NCBI GenBank assembly: GCA_042218325.1
Contig: JBDGRE010000004.1
Location: 1 to 44,954, forward strand
Direction of reading: 5' to 3'
DNA length: 44,954 bases
Source: Candidatus Nanohaloarchaea archaeon
Lineage (GTDB): Archaea > Nanohalarchaeota > Nanosalinia > Nanosalinales > Nanosalinaceae
Below, piece by piece: positions 10,301 through 19,525 of this stretch. A program made the position numbers and the translations under genes. Position 1 is the stretch's first letter. Every line of letters starts with the position of its first letter. The notes beneath the pieces are model-generated. The model did not search any database and was not told where the DNA came from. It was given only the letters and a program-made list of their open reading frames with translations.

Positions 10301-10579
10301 TTTGTATCTATCATCTCTCGGTTCACCTGGTTTCCTCCATCTTCTACGATCTTTATTCTCTGGTGTGGCTCCAATCAAAATCCGGACTTTATCCAATTTA
10401 TCTAAACTCTGAGCTATAGAGAAAAATCCCTCTGGGTTGAAGTAACCTGTGGCTATATCGAGTTCCGGCGGCTCCTCCAGTCTATCATCAAGATATTCGA
10501 TATACTCATTTAACGCATTCGCCAAAGTGTTCCCTTCTTGGTTATCTACGAAAGTCGGTTTATCAGATAAATCCGGCAC
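7301..10579 (-). CDS. PLD-nuclease + SNF2-like SF2 helicase fusion
   Basis: PLD LHGKAY...GSSNFT...NLELN; Walker A ADSVGLGKT; DEAH; TATPVNN; QRNGRIDRI. Confidence 0.92.
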   Translation of the reverse strand: MPDLSDKPTFVDNQEGNTLANALNEYIEYLDDRLEEPPELDIATGYFNPEGFFSIAQSLDKLDKVRILIGATPENKDRRRWRKPGEPRDDRYKAEKIEDQLQKLDQDLEEDRDLLGFSEEVESNLKHMLKVLRSDKVEVRRFEEEFLHGKAYLFSNVEEGVIAGSSNFTGGGLNTNLELNLGQYDPRVTREVRDWFEDLWERSEPYDLASLYEERFEPYDPYLIYLRVLWERYKDEIRDEEEQRGDKIELTTFQNDGKFRAKKFLDEHNGVILADSVGLGKTYIAGDLIREAVDEHRQKALVIAPAYLKEGMWEKKRSEWQVQFDTISYAELRNEKQLGGEREYLNRDKEEYQLVIVDEAHAFRNPGTDQAHALRTLLRGDPPKDLVLITATPVNNSLWDLYYQLNYFVKNDAKFANEGIPSLKEKFKEAQSEDPSDLSPEMLFDVLDKTTVRRTRSFVKKNYQNEQIEVNGNTIRIKFPETNPERVDYDFEGIISDEFFEDVADGLAAGEREDPELSLARYMPSKYRKDKEIDHSEIALAGLLRTGLLKRFESSLDAFINTVEGMIDQYNASLELLENGKFPDPNAIDEWIEADSDEAFEEVFGEEEVRELGDNVDKSRLKDDLENDLEILRRWRNRAESVSLEEDCKLEKMKEKLKDIVKEAEEDASGDKEFRQNRKILIFSYFEDTVDRIIDYLETAVESEEELKWYKDRIAGITSNEAKGDASTKKEAVQGFAPESTDSPTGDDKFDILVATDVLGQGANLQDARHVMNYDLPWNPMRVVQRNGRIDRINSPHSQIFAHTFFPEDRLDELLTLENRVRKKITRAAKSVGLENEVIPDSDTVEQNFAEKREQIEKIREEEEEAFDKDKDSATYSGEEYRQELRKGLQEREDDIKSLPWAAGSGYKGENPGYFFAAKVGEDNFFTRFIPKSDGEIVSDTLTCLQNIECDEETDRSLDGESRERIYDAWKKARDDIYEDWQEQTDPRNRQPEIRPLFRQVAEHLRENPPEDISQSELERAIDSVEAPYGRRYERELRDIYEDENLGNMEKSEELLDKIEELGLQPFEPPEPLDPIDKEEIQLICWMAIEEK

Positions 10580-10581
10580 TA

Positions 10582-13500
10582 TTAATTCACCTCAACTTCA
10601 TCAAAGAACTCGAGAGTATCATGCTTTTTCGACTCCCAATACTCAGGAGGATTACTAACCTCATGGAATGTGTCAAATATAGCTTCTAAATGTTCTTTTT
10701 TCAAACCGTATAATTTAGCCACTAAGGCGTCTAACTCTCTTATTTTCTCACGCTCCTCTTCCTCCTCTATTGGGCCACATTCGACTCCAACTCTGTTAGC
10801 AAATTCTTCATACTTATCGCTCTTACATGCTAGTCTCGCGGAGAGCTCTGCTATCTCCTGTTTTATTTCAGAATCATCTCCTGGCCTCGGTACAGGGAAT
10901 GCGTTTAGAATAAAGTAATTCAAGTTTGCTTCAACGAACCTCCGCGCATACCAGTCTAGAGGCACAGAATTAAGTATTCCCATTAGATAAGCCATATCAG
11001 TTTCATCTCCTCTAGGCCAAAGGAAGTAAGGTATTGCGTTAGTTATGAACGTATTTTTAGGAATCAGAGAAGATACTACAGAGCGTAAGTTATCTACTCT
11101 AGCGGCATTCCTGACACAAACCCTGTAGTTTTTACATGGAAGCTTACTTCTACTATGTATCCAATTTTGGGAGAAATGAGATTTCATTTTGCGTGATCTC
11201 TCTCTACTTTCCTGAAGATAATCAAGCATTACATCGGGATCAGACCATCCAAATCTTGAACCTCTGTCCATCACCCATAACTCTGTTCCTGGATAATTGG
11301 TTGAAGAACCATCAAATACAGGCCAGTAATCATCCTCTGGTGGTTCTTCTGTAAGATGGATTAGTCGGCCATAGTCATCATCTGTTTTGTCGGTACTCTC
11401 ATCTAGTTCCCTATAAGGCAAAGCTCGCCATTCGCCTTCTTCATCATAATCAAGTTTGGGAACACTATTCAAAATCTCAAATGCTTCCTCCACCGTTTCC
11501 TTGTTATCCAAAAGGACAGGAAGATTGGGGAATGAGTAAACATTTGTCCACTTTTTGGCATCGCTTACCGGAAAACGGTACGGTTCTTTTCTGTTCTCGT
11601 ATTCCTCTTTACTAGTGTAGGGGCCTCTTATAGGGATCTCCGTATTCTCATCAGGTTCTCTCTTCGTGAATGAGGAAAGTGCTGCTGTATAGACAGGGGT
11701 GATGTCAAAGATCCATCTATCCTTGTTTTTCAATATTGTCAGGTCCTCGATTTCTGCTTTTTCCAGTATTTTTTCTCTAAAGTTCTTTGATCCCTTAGCG
11801 AAGAATGCATTTCTTGGTAGAACAACGCCTATTGATGCTTCGGAAGTCGATAAGCTCCAGAATCGCCAATAGAATGCTTTATACATGTCGGGATCTCCGG
11901 TCCCCATTCCTGGGAATGGACCTCCTTTCAATATTTCCCTTCTACGTTCTTGCTCTTCCTTTTCCTCTTCAAATTTTTCTGCTAAGTCAGGTCTTTCCTT
12001 TTTCAGGTTCTCTATTACCTCTCTTTTCTGACCCTCGGGCATGTCAGTAAGGCCTGGCCGATACCTCGTGAAGAACGCATCTTCTTCTGCTATAGTCTCC
12101 TCCCAAGGAGGGTTTCCTAGGATAACATCGAAGCCTTCGCTTTCTCCTCCGAAGATTTCAGGGAATTTTATAGGGAAGTGAAGTTGGTTTGTGGCTTCTA
12201 ATGTTTCCTGAGCTAAACTATACTCTTGAGTGTCTTTCAGATCCTCTATATTCTTATTTCGTATATCATCTGCATTTATTTCGTTATTTACTCTTGAAGC
12301 AGCTAAGATGTCTAAGAGAGCTTTGAAGTCATCAAGCTGTTTTTCTATCTCAGCTTGGGTTTCTCTTGCTTCTACTACTTCCTCTGCATGAGCCTCAGTG
12401 ATACTTCCCAGTTGCTCGACTTTCTCTTTTGCATCCTTTATGTGGTCTTTCTCCTGCCCATAATAAGCTGCTAGTGTATCATCCTTTATCTTGAGGATTT
12501 CTTGAGCCTCTTCCATTGTCCCTATACCCGACAATGAGTCTCCTGTAACTAGATTGTGATTAAGAAATGTTAGAGGAAGACCAGGGACAAAGGTATGAAT
12601 CCACATTGAAAGCCTTGCTAGCTCTGTAGAAAGAGGATTTAGATCTACGCCGTAGACGCATCTACGAGCTATCTGTCTTCTCAGGAGTTGTGATCTTTCT
12701 ATGTCCGGTATGCTTTCTTCGTTTTCGAAGGGTTCCTTTGCTGCTTGTTGTAGGTTGTCTAGTTCTTCTTCTACTTCTGGAAGAGGTCTTTCAGCAAGAT
12801 AAGCTGAGAATTTAGATTCTATTCTGTCTACTGCACCTACTAGGAAGTGGCCTGATCCCATTGCGATGTCTGCTACTCGAAAGTCAAAGAAGTTTTCTGC
12901 TGCTTCTGCGTCACTCATTTCGTCGAGTTCATCTAAGTGTTGTTCGATTGCAGGATCAAGTGAGTGGTCTAGCAGATGTTCGACGAAAATTGATTTCGTA
13001 TAGTAGGTTCCCGTTGCTTTTCTTTCTCCCGACGTACCGTGGAGATATATCTCTCCCTTTTTAATTTCTGCATTCTCTTCGTCTTCTACAGGGACATATT
13101 GCTCTTCTCCATCACTTTCCTGTATCCCGAGATGCTGGTCGGCAACTGATAACTCAGATTCTAGTAGTCCTTGATAAATTGTTCCGAAATCTCTGACTCC
13201 AATATTTCTGAAGTCTACCGGTCCTTGATATCCTTCACTTGTCTTATCAATCAAGAGATTCGCAAGTATAGGTCCAAATATATCGTTACTCAGCTCTAGC
13301 TCAGCGAGTTTTGCGCCAGCTTCAGAAACATCTGGATCGGAAGACAACAGCTGGCCATCATATTCCGGAACTCCCCATTCACTCTGACCGTCATGAATTG
13401 CATTGGCAAGCCTTGTAATGTCTTCCCAATGGCTTGTTGAACCAGGATCAAACCCAGAGCCTTCAGTTCTTATCTGGTTCAGCTCCTTAGCCTTCTCCTT

Positions 13501-14664
13501 TAGTGAACGTCTGTCATATCTCTCATTTCTTTTCCTAGGCAAGTATCCTTCGTCCTCCGCATAAGCGATGAATAATAATCTGTAAAGAAGGATAATTGAC
13601 ATCTCATAAGTCTCATCTAACTCTTCCCTTGACGGATCCTCTAAGTCTCTTGCATCAGCTATTGCCTCTGCGAGATCTGGAACCACATCATCGTAAATTC
13701 GTTCTCGGAGTCTTCCTCCCAGATCTGTTGCGTAGTCCTCTGAGTTCTGTATTATTTGCTCTAGACTTCCTTCGTCTCGTAATGCTTCTGGAGAGAACAT
13801 TAGTGATAGATAGCCGGCGTCTTCTTCTGGAAGTAGAGCCGAATTAACTTCGACATATGTATCTGTTCTACCTCTCGAACCTAGACCCTTGTCAGGATCG
13901 GTTGTGTAGAGGCGTAAAGTTTTTCCTGAACTGGCGATTACCCAATCGACATCTACGGCATCTTCAGCTTTGTTCAGAGCGTAGTTTACGGGAGTATTGT
14001 TACTGAATCTTTCCTGGCTAATTTCAAAATCTTCATCTTCTTCTAGAAAAATTGCGACAGCAGAGTTCCTATGACCGTCCTTCAGGACAAAACCTTTTCC
14101 GTTCTCAAGTCTCTCTACGTCGTAACCTAATTCTTCGATTAGTTCTCTTCCCTCTATTCCTAGTAGTTCTTTAGATTCTTCTGTCGCTGAACTCCAATCG
14201 CTTCGGTTTTTCACACCGGTCTTCAGTTCGTGTGTCGCTACTAATCCTTGATTTCTTATACCAATGAGTTCGTCATCAATTTGTTCTATAACATCCCAGA
14301 GAAAATCCCTAGCAGCATGTCTATTTGGTTTTTCTAGGGCTTCAGTACATATTCTTGTAATTTGATCTGAATCCACAGATTTCCTTATTGGAGGTTCATC
14401 CCCGCTGGCACCGCCTGTAGGACCACAAATAGCTGCCCGATCACCATAAAGAACTACTAATAGAACTGGTGCAGCTCTTCTACCCTTTCTCTCTTTCCAA
14501 ACCTTGGTAAGTTCTTCTTTACGTGGCTCTTCCTCAGATCTTCCGACAGCAACTTCAAGGGCGCTTGAACCCTCTCCTATATAGAAACCTGTCGTATCAA
14601 TATTTCCTTTGCTTACTTCCCATTCTCTCCACGAATCTTGGAATTCAGATAGAAATTCACTCAC
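10582..14664 (-). CDS. Type IIG/Eco57I-like adenine DNA methyltransferase with target-recognition domain
   Basis: RKATGTYYT, DIAMGSGHFL (motif I), YGVDLN, DVILGNPPW (motif IV); C-terminal TRD-like region; 2 bp from the helicase gene. Confidence 0.9.
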   Translation of the reverse strand: MSEFLSEFQDSWREWEVSKGNIDTTGFYIGEGSSALEVAVGRSEEEPRKEELTKVWKERKGRRAAPVLLVVLYGDRAAICGPTGGASGDEPPIRKSVDSDQITRICTEALEKPNRHAARDFLWDVIEQIDDELIGIRNQGLVATHELKTGVKNRSDWSSATEESKELLGIEGRELIEELGYDVERLENGKGFVLKDGHRNSAVAIFLEEDEDFEISQERFSNNTPVNYALNKAEDAVDVDWVIASSGKTLRLYTTDPDKGLGSRGRTDTYVEVNSALLPEEDAGYLSLMFSPEALRDEGSLEQIIQNSEDYATDLGGRLRERIYDDVVPDLAEAIADARDLEDPSREELDETYEMSIILLYRLLFIAYAEDEGYLPRKRNERYDRRSLKEKAKELNQIRTEGSGFDPGSTSHWEDITRLANAIHDGQSEWGVPEYDGQLLSSDPDVSEAGAKLAELELSNDIFGPILANLLIDKTSEGYQGPVDFRNIGVRDFGTIYQGLLESELSVADQHLGIQESDGEEQYVPVEDEENAEIKKGEIYLHGTSGERKATGTYYTKSIFVEHLLDHSLDPAIEQHLDELDEMSDAEAAENFFDFRVADIAMGSGHFLVGAVDRIESKFSAYLAERPLPEVEEELDNLQQAAKEPFENEESIPDIERSQLLRRQIARRCVYGVDLNPLSTELARLSMWIHTFVPGLPLTFLNHNLVTGDSLSGIGTMEEAQEILKIKDDTLAAYYGQEKDHIKDAKEKVEQLGSITEAHAEEVVEARETQAEIEKQLDDFKALLDILAASRVNNEINADDIRNKNIEDLKDTQEYSLAQETLEATNQLHFPIKFPEIFGGESEGFDVILGNPPWEETIAEEDAFFTRYRPGLTDMPEGQKREVIENLKKERPDLAEKFEEEKEEQERRREILKGGPFPGMGTGDPDMYKAFYWRFWSLSTSEASIGVVLPRNAFFAKGSKNFREKILEKAEIEDLTILKNKDRWIFDITPVYTAALSSFTKREPDENTEIPIRGPYTSKEEYENRKEPYRFPVSDAKKWTNVYSFPNLPVLLDNKETVEEAFEILNSVPKLDYDEEGEWRALPYRELDESTDKTDDDYGRLIHLTEEPPEDDYWPVFDGSSTNYPGTELWVMDRGSRFGWSDPDVMLDYLQESRERSRKMKSHFSQNWIHSRSKLPCKNYRVCVRNAARVDNLRSVVSSLIPKNTFITNAIPYFLWPRGDETDMAYLMGILNSVPLDWYARRFVEANLNYFILNAFPVPRPGDDSEIKQEIAELSARLACKSDKYEEFANRVGVECGPIEEEEEREKIRELDALVAKLYGLKKEHLEAIFDTFHEVSNPPEYWESKKHDTLEFFDEVEVN

Positions 14665-14777
14665 GTTGATAGACCCTTTATTTTTACGATCTCGGAGTGA
14701 TTTTTATTTTAGTTTCTATTAGTAGAAAGCCAAAAGTTATAGAGTTTTTTCTTAGAATAGAGTATACAAGAAGCATA

Positions 14778-15068
14778 ATGTCTGTAAAACACCAAGAATC
14801 ACGTAAGGAAGCTGAGAAATTGAGTAGTAACGAGAAATATAGTAAAGCAGCTGATAAGTTCCGAGAAGCTGCAGACCATGCAGAGAGTGATGAAGATAAA
14901 ATATATTATTTCTCCAAAGCTCTTTACGAGGAAGGAGTTCTAGCTAAAAATGAGGGCAGAGCTAAACTTGCTAGACGGAAACTTCAGAACGCTTTAGATA
15001 ATTTCACGTATCTAGAAGTTACAGAAGAGATAAATAAAGCAGAAAAAGCCCTTGAAGAGATTCAATAA
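14778..15068 (+). CDS. Small TPR-like helical protein
   Basis: ATG at 14778; KEAEKL...AADKFREAADHAESD; paralogue of 2443..2811. Confidence 0.7.
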   Translation: MSVKHQESRKEAEKLSSNEKYSKAADKFREAADHAESDEDKIYYFSKALYEEGVLAKNEGRAKLARRKLQNALDNFTYLEVTEEINKAEKALEEIQ

Positions 15069-15096
15069 AGCGAACTTCATTTTTTGTAGTAAAGAG

Positions 15097-15366
15097 TCAG
15101 GAAAATTCCTGCCAGAGTTCTTTACCTTTCTCAGCAATCCTGTAATACCGATTTCGGTTGTCTTCCGGATTCATAATCTCCACTAATTCCTCCTCTTTTA
15201 GGTCAGTAATTCGTCTAGAAACTGTTTCACGTTGAACCTTAATCTCTGATGCTATATCCGTAGGCCTCAAAGCCTCTCCCTCCTTATAGAGTAGTTCTAT
15301 AATCTTCCTTCTAGTCGGTGAGCGATCGATGAATGCCTTTAGCCGATAGAGTTCCTCCTCTTCCAT
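15097..15366 (-). CDS. ArsR/MarR-type winged-HTH regulator
   Basis: SPTRRKIIELL...RPTDIASEI...TVSRRITDLKEEELVE...RYYRI. Confidence 0.85.
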   Translation of the reverse strand: MEEEELYRLKAFIDRSPTRRKIIELLYKEGEALRPTDIASEIKVQRETVSRRITDLKEEELVEIMNPEDNRNRYYRIAEKGKELWQEFS

Positions 15367-15456
15367 GCAACATTTGCGTGCCGAGTTGGATAAGGGAGAG
15401 AATGTAGGGTTGCGTGATTGCTTTAATAATACTTTGAAAGCAAATATTGCTCAAGG

Positions 15457-16554
15457 ATGGATGGAGAAGGCAAAATATTCCTGATACGAGACGGCGAACT
15501 CCGAGAAATGAACGAAGATACGTACGAGGAAGAGTCTCTACTTCAAGAGCAAATTGCGGAGTACAGAAGCCTGCTCGCTGGCGAACAAGTAGACCCTGAA
15601 AATCCTCGTAGATGGCTACTTATCGAACGTGAAATCAGCGTACCCGACAGCGAAGAAAGCGAGGGTAGATGGTCTCTGGACCACTTATTCATCGATCAAG
15701 AGGGAGTTCCAACACTGGTGGAAGTCAAACGTAGCCAGGACACCAGGAGCAGGAGAAGGGTTGTGGCCCAGATGCTTGACTATGCGGCAAACTCGGCAGA
15801 ATACTGGACTCCTGACGGTATAAGAGAACGATTCAAAGTTCAATGCGAGTCGCAGGGAGAAGATCCAGAAGACCAGCTTGCCGAATTCTTACCCGATGAT
15901 AAAACTCCGGAAGAGTTCTGGGAAGAAGTCAAGACCAATCTTGCAGCCGATAAGATACGAATGCTTTTCGTTGCCGACGAAATACCTTCTGAACTCCGCA
16001 GCATAGTAGAGTTCCTGAACCGTGAAATGGAGACAGCGGAAGTACTGGCTGTGGAAATCAAGCACTATACGGGAGAAGGAGAACAGGCGCTAGTACCGAG
16101 AGTTATCGGCCAGACTGAACAGGCCAGGCAAAAGAAGCAGTCAAGCTCACGTCGTAAATGGGATGAAGAATCCTTCTTTGAAGACGCCAGAAAAAAGCTA
16201 TCAGAAGAGGAGTTGACGAAGATTAAGAAGTTATACCAGTTCAGCAGGGAAAATGCCGACACAATTGACTGGGGAACAGGCTCTCAGAACGGCTCTTTCA
16301 ACCCAAAATGGGAAGAACTCTCCGATCGCTCAATTTTCACCGTCTACAGCAATGGGAATATTACACTTAACTTCGGGTGGCTTGTGGAGGATAAGGCTGT
16401 CGAGTTCAAGCAGGAATTTGCTGAAGAGCTAGGTAATGCAGAAATCGATATTGAGGTTCCTGACAGCCTCGACGATTCAATGTCATATCCTATTGACGAA
16501 GATATTGACGGGCTTATCCAATGTCTGGAAAACACACTAAATAGACATTGTTAG
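15457..16554 (+). CDS. NucS/DUF91-like PD-(D/E)XK endonuclease-domain protein
   Basis: EESLLQ, IERE, SLDHLFID, LVEVKR, QMLDYA motifs. Confidence 0.8.
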   Translation: MDGEGKIFLIRDGELREMNEDTYEEESLLQEQIAEYRSLLAGEQVDPENPRRWLLIEREISVPDSEESEGRWSLDHLFIDQEGVPTLVEVKRSQDTRSRRRVVAQMLDYAANSAEYWTPDGIRERFKVQCESQGEDPEDQLAEFLPDDKTPEEFWEEVKTNLAADKIRMLFVADEIPSELRSIVEFLNREMETAEVLAVEIKHYTGEGEQALVPRVIGQTEQARQKKQSSSRRKWDEESFFEDARKKLSEEELTKIKKLYQFSRENADTIDWGTGSQNGSFNPKWEELSDRSIFTVYSNGNITLNFGWLVEDKAVEFKQEFAEELGNAEIDIEVPDSLDDSMSYPIDEDIDGLIQCLENTLNRHC

Positions 16555-18107
16555 AGCCCTCGCTCCTCTCTCATCCGCTCTCTAAACCTCTTCTTGAACG
16601 GGTTTTCAGGTTCTTTGTTCCGCCCTATATCGCTCGTCAGGTCGTTATCAGATTTCTGAGAGGCAAACAGTTCTCCCATTTCGATGTCCAGGACTGCTGG
16701 TTTTCCTGCTCTCATTTCCTCGGCTCCGTGTAGTGCGAAGCAGAGCGAGTCAGCATGGTCAGGGCTCTTGGATGGATCGACTATCCGCATCTTACCTCTA
16801 GAGGTATACTCATGCTTCATAGAAAGTAGCTGGTGCTCCAGTTCATCTGAGTCCGGAATACTTATCCTGCCATTCTCGAATAGTTCTCGAATCCTCCAGT
16901 AGTACTGGGTCTTCCTGTTCAGGAATCTCTCCTTCTCACGGGTCGGCTGCTTATGCACTTTCAGAAGTTCAACGTTGTGTCCTCGCTCCTTCAGGGCGTC
17001 TCCCACACCTTTTCCTATACCTATAGCATCTATCATTATACGTTCATCCTTCTCCTTCAAGGATTCAACATTGGAAACCGTCTGCATCGTGTCCTCCTCC
17101 CTCCAAGACTCCTGCCATACCACGCGGTGACGAACAGAATCATCGGTGGAAATCCTTTCCACCTTTGTAAGCACATTCATGTCCTCCCCGCCCTCAGCAA
17201 CATCCAGACCATACACAGTACTACTTGATGCATCCTGTTCTGGATTGAACTTCCGTTTTATGGCGTCTTCGACCCAGTCCGCTCGAAGTAGCCCGCCATC
17301 TATTTCATCAGGGTAACGTGCTTCATACCAGATCTCGAATTCCGCCTTCGACATCTCCTCACGCTGCTCCTCAATAAAATCCCTTTCCAGCCGTCCTTCC
17401 TGGACAGCATCTTCCCAGCCAATCCTGCGGTTATACCATCTATCCACGTCTTTCTTCTCATACATGAATCCGCGTTCATCAGGAAAGGTAGGGTTGGATA
17501 CTAGCAGTAGCTGGGCGTTCGAACGCTCGCCCACCATACGCAGAATCTTGTTTCTAATCAGCTCCGAAGGTATCCTTTCAGCCTCGTCAACGATGACTAT
17601 GCTTCCGCCTTTACCCAGTAGTGACCGTCCTCCCGAGTCTACAGATGCGGTAAGCACCGAGATTTCCGACCCGTTCTCAAAGGTTATCTTCTCCTTGCTA
17701 AGCTCTTTCCTCAGGTCCTTCACGGATCTACCTCCTGTAGCGGACAGCGATTCCACTATTGTCTCGTGGTCAGAGAGATGGTCTAGTATGTAGTCCATGA
17801 TTATCTTGGCGTGGTCCTTTGTCGGGCCGATAAGCCTTATCTTCTCTCCTGGACGCATCACTGCAGACAGTATCGCACCTATCGCAAGGGCAAACGACTT
17901 TCCGGACCGTGTGGCAGCCCAGATAAGCTGGCGTTTCGGATGCTTCTTCAACAGGGAAAGCACTATCTCCGCCTGATAATCGGTAAGTTCCAGAGGATTA
18001 CCCTCCTCGTCCACGAACAGGGTCTTACAAAAATGCTGGACGCCTTTTTCTGTACCCAGAACCTCTTTCAACTCCTCTTTACTCAAATCCTCTAAGTCCT
18101 TCATCAT
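16551..18107 (-). CDS. terL: Terminase large subunit
   Basis: LTDYQ, Walker A ATRSGKS, Walker B IVIVDEAE, coupling motif SNP, RNase H-like nuclease GLDVAEGGED / IDAIGIGKGVGD / SPDHADSL. Confidence 0.92.
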   Translation of the reverse strand: MMKDLEDLSKEELKEVLGTEKGVQHFCKTLFVDEEGNPLELTDYQAEIVLSLLKKHPKRQLIWAATRSGKSFALAIGAILSAVMRPGEKIRLIGPTKDHAKIIMDYILDHLSDHETIVESLSATGGRSVKDLRKELSKEKITFENGSEISVLTASVDSGGRSLLGKGGSIVIVDEAERIPSELIRNKILRMVGERSNAQLLLVSNPTFPDERGFMYEKKDVDRWYNRRIGWEDAVQEGRLERDFIEEQREEMSKAEFEIWYEARYPDEIDGGLLRADWVEDAIKRKFNPEQDASSSTVYGLDVAEGGEDMNVLTKVERISTDDSVRHRVVWQESWREEDTMQTVSNVESLKEKDERIMIDAIGIGKGVGDALKERGHNVELLKVHKQPTREKERFLNRKTQYYWRIRELFENGRISIPDSDELEHQLLSMKHEYTSRGKMRIVDPSKSPDHADSLCFALHGAEEMRAGKPAVLDIEMGELFASQKSDNDLTSDIGRNKEPENPFKKRFRERMREERGL

Positions 18108-18559
18108 TGTTCTTCCTCCTCGGCCTCTTCCTCCAGTTCGTTTAACGCCTCCACTATAGGCGTCGAGGTAAGCTCTATCTCCTTCTTCTCAGGCTCTTTC
18201 TCCTGAATACCTCGATCTTCAGCCCATGAATTAAGCTTTGAAATAGCCTTTATAGCACCTCTGTAGTCCCCCTCCTCCATCATATTGTTCAGAGCGGCGC
18301 GGAAACCCAGCTCGGAGATGATATTCAGTTCCTTGCCCTGGTTCTCTCCGATGTATTCTTTGAGTCTGTCAATGTCTTGGGAGATCTGTCCCTGGCTGCA
18401 GTCGTATCTCTGGGCGAGTTTAGTCTGGTTAATATTCTGGAAGGTTCCAGCCTTTAACGCCATCTGGAGTATTTCGGCTCTGCGTTCCGTCCAGTGGTAG
18501 TTTAACGGTTTCTTGTCTCCTGGTACAACGACGTTATAGTAGTCCACATCATTAGCCAT
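18104..18559 (-). CDS. HTH protein, probable terminase small subunit
   Basis: RRAEIL...NQTKLAQRYDCSQGQISQDI HTH; immediately upstream of terL with a 4-bp overlap. Confidence 0.65.
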   Translation of the reverse strand: MANDVDYYNVVVPGDKKPLNYHWTERRAEILQMALKAGTFQNINQTKLAQRYDCSQGQISQDIDRLKEYIGENQGKELNIISELGFRAALNNMMEEGDYRGAIKAISKLNSWAEDRGIQEKEPEKKEIELTSTPIVEALNELEEEAEEEEQ

Positions 18560-19523
18560 TATTACCAGCCTCCAAGACCTCTTCCTTCAGGGTTTCAGCT
18601 ATAGCCTCCATCTGCTTCGGCATAACAGCATTCCCCAGCTGATTCCACCTCTCCGTGAAGCTTCCCGACAGCTCAAAATCGTCAGGGAACGAACATATCC
18701 GCTTCAGCTCAGGAATAGTAAGGTATCGATCCTCCTCAGGATGTAGCAGTCCAGCACATCCAGGACTGAACGTCTTGGTAACGGTCCGACAGGGCGCGGA
18801 CCACTTGACTCGGGCGAGGTTGAAGTAGCTGCCATTCGGATGATAATCTCTACCTCGCTCACATTGTCCCATACGACGGGCAAGCTTCCTGGCACGGGCT
18901 TTAGGACGCCTTATCTCACTGGCTTTAGGCACGCCCTTCAAGGCAGCTTTAACCGTTGGAACAGTGCCATCGGGCTCGGGAAACACGGGTTCAGCATCAA
19001 TATCTTCTCTTACTCCTATCCAGAACAGGCGTTCACGTGACTGCGGGACACCGTAGTACTTGGCATTCAGCTTCTTGCACCGCACCTGGTAGCCGAGACC
19101 TTTCAGCTCCGTCATTATCTCCTTGAACCTCCCCTTCATCTCGCCCTGGACCAGACCAGTAACATTCTCCATTACCAAGACTTTCGGCTGGAGTTCATCC
19201 GCTATCCTGACATACTCCTTGAAAAGATCGTTTCTATCATCGTCAACCTCCCGCTTGCCTGAAAGCGAGAAGCCCTGGCATGGCGGGCTGCCATCCAGAA
19301 CATCCAGCTCGCCTTCCTCCAATCCCGTGGCCTCCTTAATTTCTTCTCCCGTAACCGTGGAAATGTCTCTGTTCCATACCTCAGTGTCGAAGTTCTCGGA
19401 CAGGGTGTCGGTGGCGGTATCGTTCCAGTCGATGGCCAGAAGTTCTTCGAAGCCAGCATGTTCGTACCCGAGACTGCTTCCTCCGCATCCCGCGAACGTC
19501 GAGATTACCGTTGGAGCTGTCAT
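18552..19523 (-). CDS. C5-cytosine DNA methyltransferase
   Basis: FAGCGG, GSPPCQGFS, ENV, QSRERL, QLGNAV. Start placed at MTAPTV. Confidence 0.95.
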   Translation of the reverse strand: MTAPTVISTFAGCGGSSLGYEHAGFEELLAIDWNDTATDTLSENFDTEVWNRDISTVTGEEIKEATGLEEGELDVLDGSPPCQGFSLSGKREVDDDRNDLFKEYVRIADELQPKVLVMENVTGLVQGEMKGRFKEIMTELKGLGYQVRCKKLNAKYYGVPQSRERLFWIGVREDIDAEPVFPEPDGTVPTVKAALKGVPKASEIRRPKARARKLARRMGQCERGRDYHPNGSYFNLARVKWSAPCRTVTKTFSPGCAGLLHPEEDRYLTIPELKRICSFPDDFELSGSFTERWNQLGNAVMPKQMEAIAETLKEEVLEAGNNG

Positions 19524-19525
19524 GG

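Noticed and set aside
7301-14664. Calling the cluster DISARM or BREX
   Set aside because: The core genes (drmA/drmB, or brxC/pglZ) are not present in the window.
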